From: Candidatus Saccharimonadota bacterium
GTDB taxonomy: Bacteria; Patescibacteriota; Patescibacteriia; 2-12-FULL-60-25
NCBI GenBank assembly: GCA_023898425.1
Contig: CP060222.1
Coordinates: 570,001 to 602,000, forward strand
Length of the DNA stretch: 32,000 bases
Direction: 5' to 3'
Below the pieces are notes generated by a model that was given only the letters and a program-made list of their open reading frames with translations, had not been told where the DNA came from and did not search any database. The position numbers and the translations under genes are program-made. Numbering within the stretch: the stretch's first letter is position 1; the number at the start of each line of letters is the position of its first letter. This document shows positions 8,766-16,943 of this stretch, piece by piece.

Positions 8766-10223
8766 TTAAATCGTTTCGATAGGCTTTGATCCAGCGTATC
8801 GCTTAAACAGCCAGCCAGCCACACGTTGAACGTCAGAAATCGTCACTAAGCGTACAGCAAAATTAAGAACTAAAGCTACAAATCCAGCGCAGGCCGTCAC
8901 AATAAGCGGATGTGCAAAATAGCTTGCCCAATCTACAAAAAGCCAAATACCAGCCGCCACAATTGCACCTTGTAGATGAAGACGAATCCATGAGGTCCAG
9001 ATGACTTCATGGCGGACATACCACATACCAATCAAATAAAGGGTCACAAAACTTGCTATCGCCGACCATGCCGCACCTACGGCACCCATGGTCGGGATAA
9101 GTATCCAGTTTACCGACGCATTAATCACCATCGCAATACCCATGGCAGCCGTCTTTTGATGGGCTCTATGCGTCGCATTAAGTAAGGAGCCGATCGGAAA
9201 ATCTAAGAAAATCGGAATTAATACCCAAGCTAATACCTGCAAAATATGTGCTGACACAGCATAGGTCTCGCCGTATAAAAACGGCACAAGCACAGGTGCA
9301 AGCGCTGCGAGCAATGCCGCCATCGATACGCCAAACAGCACCATAAGACGCAATGAACCCATTAATAATACTGGCAAGGATTCTTTTTCATGTCGCGCGG
9401 CATGACTCATGCTTGGGTAAAGCGCCGCAACAAAGGCCATCGGCAAAAACTGCAGTGCATAGGTTAACTTATAGGCAACTGCATATTCACCAAGTGCTGC
9501 ATCCCCATGAAAGTGAAAGATGATCTGAGAATCGATATAGGAGTAGACTTTAACGAAGATGCCCGACAAGCCAAATGGAACTGCCATAAGCAACATATCG
9601 CGCATACTTGCCCCAGTACCCACCTGCGGCGTTAGATGTAGCCTGTAGAGCGTCTTTGAGCTCCAAAAGACATTCCAGCTACTTGCGAGCAACAGCGCTA
9701 CAATCAAACCAAATACCCCATAACCAAAATACGCTGCCGTTACTCCACTAATCGCTGCCACTGTCTGACCAACGAGCATTCCGATCGCTTCAAAGCGCAG
9801 GTCACGATAGCCACGTATAACACCATAGAACAACGTTGAGAGCGAGTCAGCCGACATGACGAGCGCTGATATCACCAATGCCCAAATCTCCATATCACGT
9901 AACCCAATCGTCCAGCCATAACTAAGAGCCGCCAAACAAGCGATTGGGATCAAAAATGCCTTTAACTGCAATGCAAAACGAAAAAATCGGCGCCCAAGCA
10001 ATGCATCACGTGCGCTCTCGCGGATAATAACTGAAGTAAGCCCAAGATCCGTAAATGTGACGAAGATCGACGTGATAGAAACGATATGAAAATACGAACC
10101 CGTTACCTCTTTACCTACTAAACGCGCAATCCAAGTAAAAGCCAAAAATGACAGCACTTTTTGCGCCGCATTCCCCACCATCAATAAGGCGGCATTTCTT
10201 GCCACGGAAGCCGCTTGAGACAT
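8766..10223 (-). CDS. MOP-superfamily polysaccharide/oligosaccharide flippase (Wzx-like)
   Basis: 485 aa with about 12-14 hydrophobic helices. The N-terminus ARNAALLMVGNAAQKVLSFLAFTWIARLVG is typical of Polysacc_synt proteins. Its stop lies 2 nt from the GT1 start. Confidence 0.8.
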   Translation of the reverse strand: MSQAASVARNAALLMVGNAAQKVLSFLAFTWIARLVGKEVTGSYFHIVSITSIFVTFTDLGLTSVIIRESARDALLGRRFFRFALQLKAFLIPIACLAALSYGWTIGLRDMEIWALVISALVMSADSLSTLFYGVIRGYRDLRFEAIGMLVGQTVAAISGVTAAYFGYGVFGLIVALLLASSWNVFWSSKTLYRLHLTPQVGTGASMRDMLLMAVPFGLSGIFVKVYSYIDSQIIFHFHGDAALGEYAVAYKLTYALQFLPMAFVAALYPSMSHAARHEKESLPVLLMGSLRLMVLFGVSMAALLAALAPVLVPFLYGETYAVSAHILQVLAWVLIPIFLDFPIGSLLNATHRAHQKTAAMGIAMVINASVNWILIPTMGAVGAAWSAIASFVTLYLIGMWYVRHEVIWTSWIRLHLQGAIVAAGIWLFVDWASYFAHPLIVTACAGFVALVLNFAVRLVTISDVQRVAGWLFKRYAGSKPIETI

Positions 10224-10233
10224 GCCTATAGGG

Positions 10234-10265
10234 TATAGAAAAACCCTTCTTTAAGGAAGGGTTTT
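10234..10265 (-). terminator. intrinsic terminator after the HD-domain gene
   Basis: The minus strand reads AAAACCCTTC-cttaaa-GAAGGGTTTT followed by TCTAT. It starts 6 nt past the stop at 10272. Confidence 0.65.
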
Positions 10266-10271
10266 AGTATT

Positions 10272-11480
10272 TTAATCTTGTTTTTCGCTAGCTTTGAGTA
10301 CTGCTGAGATGATCTTCATCTTTTTTCCAAAAGTCCTGCCTATTTCACTAATAGACCCGGTACTTACCAATTCATAGACCTTCATCGCCTCTTCATTCGT
10401 AATCTCTCCCTTTTCTGCAACCTCGTCTAGCGTAAGTTTTAACGTATCTAACGAATATTCCGTTGTCTTTGCTTCTTTCTTTCCTTTTTCAACTGCATTA
10501 CCAATATTTAATGTTGTTTGCTCAGCAAGAAGGCTCCGTAAATAACTTTCAAGTTTTTTCTTATCCAAGCCACCTACTAAGGACAACTCGCTCGTTATTT
10601 CTTCGATAGATTCTGCGTTGTCCTTGGATGTAAGTAGAAACGAAAAATTCGTTAGATCTGGCTCACCTTCTTGGCGATATGATGATGCGGTGTCAATGTA
10701 TGAGGCAAAAAGCGCTAACTGTTTATGCTCTTCACTTAATTCACCAAAAAGTTTTTTATAGGTATCTGGTTTTACCTTTTCAAATTGATAAGCCGCCTCA
10801 TGTAGCTCAATTGCTTTCAATATTTCTACATCGACTACTCCTTCATATTCATCGCCAACATGCTCAGCACCATGCTCACCATGCTTTGCGCTTTCTGTTT
10901 TACGTCCATTTTCATTTTCTATTCCTTGATGGTAGTACGAGACTCCTTTGATACCTTGAGATGAGAAAAATTCGGCCATCCGTTGAGGATCTGACGTCTC
11001 TTCATTGCTTAAACCATGTTCGGAACGAAATTCTTCGATATTTCCTTCCCATGCTCGTCCCTTCTTTTCGCCTGCTTTAGGATCCCACTGAATACGAAGT
11101 AGATCCGGCTTACTAATATCGTGCAAAAAAACATACTTTTTAAGCGTATCTCCATATTGCTTCACAAGCTCATTAAACGAAGCACGTGTTTTTTCAGGCA
11201 AGTTGCCACCTCCCTCTCCACGGTCAAAACTTTCGATCACTTCAATCATTCTGTTTAGATGAGTATCCATTAATATACCCTCGTTGTGATATTCACCCCA
11301 TTGCGGCACCTCAAAGCTTCTCGTAATTTTTTCGCGTAGCGCTTCATAATTTTCACCAGAAAACAATCGCTCTACTTCAGCCGTAAGTCGCTCTAGACGC
11401 CCTGGTCTCTGTTCTTTTTTCTGCCGCAATTCGCTCAGGTGTAAGAAATTTAAAACCCTCCTTCTTTTCACTACCTTCAT
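10272..11480 (-). CDS. HD-domain phosphohydrolase-like protein (402 aa)
   Basis: It carries YHNEGILMDTHL followed by YVFLHDISKP, the H...HD...K(P) pattern of the HD superfamily. From memory this is closest to the HD domain fused to class II CCA enzymes. The rest is Glu/Lys-rich and unassigned. Confidence 0.6.
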   Translation of the reverse strand: MKVVKRRRVLNFLHLSELRQKKEQRPGRLERLTAEVERLFSGENYEALREKITRSFEVPQWGEYHNEGILMDTHLNRMIEVIESFDRGEGGGNLPEKTRASFNELVKQYGDTLKKYVFLHDISKPDLLRIQWDPKAGEKKGRAWEGNIEEFRSEHGLSNEETSDPQRMAEFFSSQGIKGVSYYHQGIENENGRKTESAKHGEHGAEHVGDEYEGVVDVEILKAIELHEAAYQFEKVKPDTYKKLFGELSEEHKQLALFASYIDTASSYRQEGEPDLTNFSFLLTSKDNAESIEEITSELSLVGGLDKKKLESYLRSLLAEQTTLNIGNAVEKGKKEAKTTEYSLDTLKLTLDEVAEKGEITNEEAMKVYELVSTGSISEIGRTFGKKMKIISAVLKASEKQD

Positions 11481-11526
11481 TTTGCTGTGTCATACGATAT
11501 TAATGTTATATTTAATTAAAACTAAT

Positions 11527-13884
11527 TTAATAACCCATTTCTGTCATTATAGCATCAATAGCCTTGCGTGCATCAGGAGACGGCTGATCAAGGTCACGAA
11601 ATGCGATATTTTTAATCATTTTAACTAACTTACCTGTTGAGCTCGCTTCAAATGACTTGCCCGATTCCGAAACGCGTTTATTAATATAGAGATCAATGCG
11701 ACCGCTCGTATCATAAAAACCTCTTTTAAACGCTTCTTTTGCTGTTCTTTTGCCTCTGAGTTTTCTTGACCAGCGTTTGGTGCGGATGCTTTTTTCGTCA
11801 CTCGCCTCGACCGGCGAAAATTCTTCAAATGCAGGTGCAATAAACCTTCTAGAAATTTCTTGAAAATCTTTTTCTGTCCAGTCATCACCAAAGTTAGCTT
11901 TGTCTAAGCCTTTTACTTCTCTCCCTATAGACATCATGTCTATTTTGAGCATCATTGCGTCAAACACAAGAGGCTCCTTTTCTTCAAGCTCCTGCAATGA
12001 TTGCAGTCTTTTCATAAAGTTTTTTGGCAGTCTCCGTGCCATGATAACGTCTCCTTTTGGAAACTTATCCGTCGTTGATAACTCAGCGGCAAATCCATGT
12101 CTACGCAGATACTCAACACGAGCCATATCAATCTTCTTCATCGCACGATTGCCCTCTTCGAGACGTCTTAGCGCCCGTTCTCTTGCCTTTCCTGGTTGCT
12201 CAGGTATCTCGGTATTTGTAAGGTCAGAGCTATGACATAGGTCTTCCCATTCATTTTGACTAAATCCATAGCGCGCAGGCTCACTCGCCGCTTTACCCTG
12301 ACAACAAGTCATCGCTACTAACATACCGCTTTCTGATTCTCTCCACTGAGAGATAATATCATCCGTAAGCGTCCCACAAGCATGCTTTGCCACAACCATC
12401 GCGTCTGGCGTTATATGCGCATCCTGTAAATAGCCGGTATTATGAACAACGATCTTTTCTAAATCCTCGCGAAAAGGAAGATAGTCGATAATTGTATTCA
12501 TAAATTCTGATACGCCCTCTTGCGGATCTACGATTTCTGTATGAGTAATATCTTTGCCACGAGAAAGCAGCTCCGTTGTCACTGCCAGCCCTAAATCTCC
12601 CGCTCCACCAGCCATGTCTACAACAGAATGAATATTATCTGGCAATACATCAAAGTTTGCAGCCATGAGCTCACTCACATGCTTTAACTCATCGACTTTT
12701 TGCGCCATTTTTTCTGATATCTTTTTTCGTAATAATTCTCGGTCCTGCTCCGAGACTTTTTTGCCTTGAGTTTGACGCTTTTTCTCTAATTGCCTTTGCG
12801 CATCCATAAAGACATAATTCGCGCGGATAAAATGTAGCTGATTGTAAAATTCGTCTCTTGGACGAGATAAAGCCAATGATGAAGAGAGTTCTTTTTTAAC
12901 AGGGTCTTTTGAACGACGTAGAAAACCTTCCGGTAAACGATCTTCTCGCATCCCAAGCTCTTCACGTGCGGCTTCGGTTGTTTGCATTATGCGCGTGTGG
13001 CCAAGCGCATCTTCTGCAATTTCGATCGCTTCTCTTTTTTCATTCGTAGCTCTTACTATCGAAGAAGCAAGATCAAAGCTTCTTGTGAGAATAACTAAAA
13101 GACCAGGATGCACCTTTTTAATGACTTTTTGACCTTCACTATTAACAAAATACGTTACCATTCTCTCTGGATCACGTTCATCCGGTGCTACGAGTTTTTC
13201 TAAACCAACTGATTCAATACGAGTATCATCTATTTCTTGACGCGCTCCAACATAGACCCAACCTTCTGCGTCTTGAACAATACCCGCTTCGTATCCACTA
13301 ATCGCCATAGGCAAGAAAGAAGCAAAACCCTCACCAATAGGTACACTTTTTTCTGTATCGTCTTTTTCAAAACGAATATTTTTCGCTGCTTGTTCTAAAA
13401 GTTGATTTTGGGCATGCGCAAAATATTCCTCGGGATCATTTTTTGCCTGAGTAAGCTGTGATTTTATTCTTTCGATATCCTTGCTAAATTCTGCGTCGTT
13501 TAAGTCCCGCTCTCGTTCATATCCTATCGTTTCAGCTCCAACCAACATAAACCACGCCTTCATCTCTGGTGATTCTGGCTTTGCCAGCTCCGCTGCATAT
13601 CCCCATGGCCCTGTTTGCTGGATACCAACACAAAGCGCTACTAACTCATTGTAAATACGCTTAGATTCTTCTGGCGTAGCTCCGAGCTTTTTTACGACAT
13701 CTTTTACGAGCGAATTTGTTTCATTATAAGCTAATATACCAACTTCATTTAACCCTATACGTAAACGATCCTGGAGGGACTTTATGCCGTACTTCTCTGC
13801 AAAAGCATCAAGCTGTTCACCAACAACCTCCTTTATATCAGAAGGAGTCGTTGCTTTTGGTACAAATGGATTTTCTTTATTCAT
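11527..13884 (-). CDS. large (785 aa) protein with a central class I SAM-dependent methyltransferase domain (TRM13/Methyltransf_32-like signature) and unassigned N- and C-terminal regions
   Basis: SAM motif I VVDMAGGAGDLGLAV is followed by an acidic motif II (EIVDPQ) and by VVAKHACGTLTDDII...AMTCCQGK. No DNA-methyltransferase motifs (DPPY/NPPY or PC...ENV), P-loop or ligase KxDG were seen. Confidence 0.6.
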   Translation of the reverse strand: MNKENPFVPKATTPSDIKEVVGEQLDAFAEKYGIKSLQDRLRIGLNEVGILAYNETNSLVKDVVKKLGATPEESKRIYNELVALCVGIQQTGPWGYAAELAKPESPEMKAWFMLVGAETIGYERERDLNDAEFSKDIERIKSQLTQAKNDPEEYFAHAQNQLLEQAAKNIRFEKDDTEKSVPIGEGFASFLPMAISGYEAGIVQDAEGWVYVGARQEIDDTRIESVGLEKLVAPDERDPERMVTYFVNSEGQKVIKKVHPGLLVILTRSFDLASSIVRATNEKREAIEIAEDALGHTRIMQTTEAAREELGMREDRLPEGFLRRSKDPVKKELSSSLALSRPRDEFYNQLHFIRANYVFMDAQRQLEKKRQTQGKKVSEQDRELLRKKISEKMAQKVDELKHVSELMAANFDVLPDNIHSVVDMAGGAGDLGLAVTTELLSRGKDITHTEIVDPQEGVSEFMNTIIDYLPFREDLEKIVVHNTGYLQDAHITPDAMVVAKHACGTLTDDIISQWRESESGMLVAMTCCQGKAASEPARYGFSQNEWEDLCHSSDLTNTEIPEQPGKARERALRRLEEGNRAMKKIDMARVEYLRRHGFAAELSTTDKFPKGDVIMARRLPKNFMKRLQSLQELEEKEPLVFDAMMLKIDMMSIGREVKGLDKANFGDDWTEKDFQEISRRFIAPAFEEFSPVEASDEKSIRTKRWSRKLRGKRTAKEAFKRGFYDTSGRIDLYINKRVSESGKSFEASSTGKLVKMIKNIAFRDLDQPSPDARKAIDAIMTEMGY

Positions 13885-13890
13885 AGGATT

Positions 13891-14763
13891 TTAGGTTGAA
13901 AGCGTACGCTGTGTTATGGATGATTCTGCTACATTCTTCCATTCAGACTCTAGGGCAATATCTTGAGTAAGTCGGAGCACTTTCTGTAGCTGACTTCTTA
14001 TGGCCTGTAGATCTTCATATCGCTGTTGGCGTTTAGCCGCCGTTTTTGATTGAGTGTCTGCTGTTTTCGATTTTTCATCTTGCTGGAGCTCATGTAATAA
14101 CTCCATTTGTAAATGTATTTGTGAATACGCTTGTTCGACGAGTAAGCGCCTTAGTGGATGACTTTCTGTTATGGGCTTATCTTCCTTTGCAACGAGTTTG
14201 AATGTATCTTCTTCTGCTCCGAGCACAACGATAGGCATAGATGCTCTTAGCTCTTTTGGTTTGTCGTGTTCATACTCGATACGTGACCGTAAATACTTGA
14301 TCTGACAATTTGCTTCTATTTTCTCACTTTTCTTCATAAACACTCTAAAATGTTTTGTTGAGGTAAAGTCTATCGCCATCCTTATAGGTTTTTGGTCATC
14401 ATCAAGCCATTCTACGTAGGCATCTGCTCCTGATATCCAATCATCATAATCCGTTGTTGGAGACATCTCTCCGCCAAACCATTGATGCTTCATAGCGACC
14501 GTTGTTAAAAAATTTTCAAACGCAAAAGCATCCGGGCCATCAGTAAACTGCTGGCTCAAGCCACCACGACTCATTTTTTTCTGCAACAAAACACTATCTC
14601 TTAGCTTTGATGTCTCTGAAACATGCGTAAACGACTCTATATTCGGACGTTCTACTGCTTTTCCTTCTCCCGAAGTCTTGTACTGATCAAAATAATGCCA
14701 GATACTTTTTGCAGTCTCTGCAGAGTGAGTAAGAAATGGATTTAGAAAGCGAGACTCTGACAT
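13891..14763 (-). CDS. hypothetical protein (290 aa), first gene of the three-gene cassette
   Basis: A clean ORF whose stop is 6 nt before the methyltransferase-fusion start. It has an acidic segment (DYDDWISGADAYVEWLDDD...AIDFTSTKH) and a Gln/Lys-rich helical tail. No family recognised. Confidence 0.7.
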   Translation of the reverse strand: MSESRFLNPFLTHSAETAKSIWHYFDQYKTSGEGKAVERPNIESFTHVSETSKLRDSVLLQKKMSRGGLSQQFTDGPDAFAFENFLTTVAMKHQWFGGEMSPTTDYDDWISGADAYVEWLDDDQKPIRMAIDFTSTKHFRVFMKKSEKIEANCQIKYLRSRIEYEHDKPKELRASMPIVVLGAEEDTFKLVAKEDKPITESHPLRRLLVEQAYSQIHLQMELLHELQQDEKSKTADTQSKTAAKRQQRYEDLQAIRSQLQKVLRLTQDIALESEWKNVAESSITQRTLST

Positions 14764-14773
14764 AGCAATAACC

Positions 14774-14782
14774 CAATGATAG
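14774..14782 (-). promoter_or_regulatory. extended -10 promoter (TGcTATCAT) 10 nt upstream of the cassette's first ATG
   Basis: The minus strand reads ggTGcTATCATtgggttattgctATG. No good -35 box and no Shine-Dalgarno are present, so the transcript would be near-leaderless. Confidence 0.4.
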
Positions 14783-14793
14783 CACCCGATCTT

Positions 14794-14826
14794 ACAATAT
14801 AAAACCCTTCCAATCGGAAGGGTTTT
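14794..14826 (-). terminator. intrinsic terminator after the SPFH gene
   Basis: The minus strand reads AAAACCCTTCC-gatt-GGAAGGGTTTT followed by ATATTGT. It lies 20 nt past the stop at 14847. Confidence 0.65.
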
Positions 14827-14846
14827 ATATTGACTGTTGCCTACGT

Positions 14847-15653
14847 TTAACGACTAATACTACCGATATTTACGAATGGTGTCGCACCGCTACCCATAAC
14901 TGATGGGAGTTTACCATCCCATTTTTCAATGGCGCGTAATTCTAGTACCGCTGGACTGGATTTAATTGCCTCTGACTCAACGCGCAACGCTTCTGCCTTA
15001 CCACGAGCTTCTGCGATACGTTGCTCTGCCTCAAACTTTACCTGCTCAAGACGATTACGCGCTGTAAGCGCAGCTTGCTCAGCCGTAACCTTGGCTTCAA
15101 TAGCTGCATTGAATGACTCAGAGAAATCAAAGTTTACAATATTAAAGTCATCGATTTCGATACCACGAGGCGTGAGTTTTGTTTGAAGGAGTGATTTCAT
15201 CTCTTCACGTACCTCTTCGCGACGAGTCACGAGCTCTTCTGCTGTAAACTTGGCTGTTGTTGCTTTAACCGTCTCTTGAAGAGCAGGGTCGATGATTCTT
15301 ACTTTGTATTCAGGTCCGACATCACGATACATCGCTACAACCATCTCTGGCTTAATATGAAAGTTGGCAGCTACGGTGCTTTGTACGCTCTGCAAGTCTT
15401 TTGAAGCTGCTGTCGCCTCAACCTGCTCTTTTTGAAGACGAACGTCCATTACGGCAACGCTCTCAACAATAGGCATTCTGAAATAAAGACCTTCAGACAC
15501 TACGCGGCCTGTAACAGCGCCAAAACGCAACATCACACCACGGCTACCCGCAGGGATCATGCCAAACGGAATAAGAGAGAAAAACAAGATAACAGCCAAA
15601 AGGCCACCAACAACCCACGCAATAATTTTAGGAGTACTCATATACGCTAACAT
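14847..15653 (-). CDS. SPFH/band-7 (prohibitin/HflC-like) membrane protein
   Basis: An N-terminal TM helix (IIAWVVGGLLAVILFFSLIPFG), an SPFH core (GSRGVMLRFGAVTGRVVSEGLYFRMP) and a coiled coil (AEQAALTARNRLEQVKFEAEQRIAEARGKAEA). I take the start as ATG 15653 or 15641. The ORF-track start at 15827 would overlap the upstream gene. Confidence 0.8.
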   Translation of the reverse strand: MLAYMSTPKIIAWVVGGLLAVILFFSLIPFGMIPAGSRGVMLRFGAVTGRVVSEGLYFRMPIVESVAVMDVRLQKEQVEATAASKDLQSVQSTVAANFHIKPEMVVAMYRDVGPEYKVRIIDPALQETVKATTAKFTAEELVTRREEVREEMKSLLQTKLTPRGIEIDDFNIVNFDFSESFNAAIEAKVTAEQAALTARNRLEQVKFEAEQRIAEARGKAEALRVESEAIKSSPAVLELRAIEKWDGKLPSVMGSGATPFVNIGSISR

Positions 15654-15750
15654 TAGGATTATTATGGATAAAATGCAAGAAATCAAATGACCCCGCCCGA
15701 CACACCCACCCAGAAGTAGGCGAGGTGTCGGACGAGGTCGAGAGATGAGA

Positions 15751-16176
15751 CTATTCACGCACTGCAAGAAATCGATAGCTACCGTTGAATCCGTGGTTGT
15801 CACAGGTATCATACAGCTGCAGACCAAGGCCTTCTTTGCATAAGAAGGGCGCTTCGGAAAATCTCGTTATGGAACCGAGAGCGAGTATCCGATGCTTTAA
15901 TCTCTCATCGGGGTACGCTTTATCGAAGCTCATGAGCTCTTCATAGAGAGCCGGCCGAACTTTATTGTAAAACATTAACCCCATTACTTCACTAAACGAG
16001 TCTAAATCATTAATGCGAACATACTCGAATAGAATCTCGCGATTCTTCGTTGATACATTCTTACAAAACTCAATCGGAACAAGCCTCCTATCCTGATTGC
16101 GAGTTTCTCGACCCGGCTTAGTGATCGTTTTGTAGCCCGAGTTAAGGTAGTTAGGAAATCGACACTCTAACTCCAC
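15751..16176 (-). CDS. hypothetical protein. The track ORF starts at GTG 16176, but the true start is probably ATG 16289 with one base missing in a T5/A5 run
   Basis: The reading frame stays open 25 codons upstream of the GTG with no canonical start. An ATG at 16289 in the +1 frame joins it if the A-run (coding strand) at 16229-16233 gains one base. A promoter lies at 16334-16362. Confidence 0.6.
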   Translation of the reverse strand: MELECRFPNYLNSGYKTITKPGRETRNQDRRLVPIEFCKNVSTKNREILFEYVRINDLDSFSEVMGLMFYNKVRPALYEELMSFDKAYPDERLKHRILALGSITRFSEAPFLCKEGLGLQLYDTCDNHGFNGSYRFLAVRE

Positions 16177-16333
16177 GAACTCTGGCTGAACGTAGACGAC
16201 AAATACCTTGAATACCGACTTACCCTGATTTTTGCTGTATTGTTTCCAAATTTATCCTTTCGCACTGGCTTATACTTCGCTCTAGTCATTAGCGCCCTGA
16301 ATTAAGCCACCGCTGTATAAATGTACGTGTATT

Positions 16334-16362
16334 GTATTACCATAAATTGCCTCTTTTGTCAA
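16334..16362 (-). promoter_or_regulatory. sigma70-like promoter TTGACA-17-TAATAC with TGn extension
   Basis: The minus strand reads TTGACAaaagaggcaatttaTGgTAATAC, directly downstream of the rpsI terminator. Confidence 0.5.
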
Positions 16363-16372
16363 TTTACGAAGA

Positions 16373-16398
16373 GATATAAAAACTCCCCTTTCTGGGAG
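16373..16398 (-). terminator. intrinsic terminator after rpsI
   Basis: The minus strand reads CTCCC-agaaag-GGGAG followed by TTTTTATATC, about 20 nt past the rpsI stop. Confidence 0.55.
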
Positions 16399-16420
16399 AT
16401 TTTGTTTCGGATGAAGCAGA

Positions 16421-16942
16421 TTAACGCTTGCTCCACTGTGGGCTCTTACGAGCTTTCTTGAGACCAAACTTTTTACGTTCTTTTGCACGTGGATCACGGG
16501 ACATGAAGCCAAGCTTCTTGAAGACCGTGCGGTAGGTTGGATTCAATTCGACCATGGCACGTGAGATGCCGAGACGAATGGACTCTGCCTGACCATTGAT
16601 ACCACCGCCAATGACTTGAGCGCTGACATCAACAGCTGTTTCTTGACCGGAAGCCTTGAGAGGACCGCGAACAATTTCGCGACCTTCGTAGGTGGTGAAG
16701 AATTCTTCCATCGGGCGACCATTGACGGTAAAGAGGCCTTTGCCGTTTTTGATAAGATAGACCTTTGCAACGGATGTCTTGCGACGACCCAAGGCGTAGA
16801 TATAGGAACCATCTTTGAAAACGGTTTTTTCAACAACGGTTTTTACTGGAGCCTTTTTTGCTGGCGCTTCTTTTTTCTTGGCAGCAGCACGAGGCTTTGC
16901 AGCAGTCGTTGTCTTCTTTTTTGTTTCTGTAGTAGTAGCCAT
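16421..16942 (-). CDS. rpsI: 30S ribosomal protein S9 with a Lys/Ala-rich N-terminal extension
   Basis: It has GGGINGQAESIRLGISRA and the C-terminal ARKSPQWSKR. The roughly 45-aa extension reads TTTETKKKTTTAAKPRAAAKKKEAPAKKAP. Confidence 0.95.
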   Translation of the reverse strand: MATTTETKKKTTTAAKPRAAAKKKEAPAKKAPVKTVVEKTVFKDGSYIYALGRRKTSVAKVYLIKNGKGLFTVNGRPMEEFFTTYEGREIVRGPLKASGQETAVDVSAQVIGGGINGQAESIRLGISRAMVELNPTYRTVFKKLGFMSRDPRAKERKKFGLKKARKSPQWSKR

Positions 16943-16943
16943 A

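Noticed and set aside
11527-13884. Considered the methyltransferase fusion plus HD protein as a restriction-modification or DNA-modification defence system.
   Set aside because: No DNA-methyltransferase catalytic motifs (DPPY/NPPY/SPPY, or PC...ENV) were seen, and no recognisable nuclease, helicase or ATPase motifs. The SAM domain looks like the RNA/small-molecule class. A defence role cannot be excluded, but the sequence does not support it.
15670-15735. An imperfect GC-rich hairpin (CGACAC...GTGTCG) with a T-rich tail between the small orphan gene and the SPFH gene, considered as a terminator or attenuator.
   Set aside because: The stem has several mismatches and bulges, and the T-tract is interrupted. 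This is too weak to report as a feature.
15654-15827. The long N-terminal extension of the SPFH ORF (track start 15827), and the analogous extensions of the GT2 fusion (7725), GT1 (8824), rlmN (31672) and fmt (1689).
   Set aside because: The extensions overlap upstream genes or promoter elements and encode non-protein-like sequence. Internal ATGs give canonical N-termini and tight operon spacing.
16282-16512. A 76-aa minus-strand ORF downstream of rpsI.
   Set aside because: It overlaps the 3' end of rpsI out of frame and runs through the rpsI terminator and the next promoter. It is spurious.
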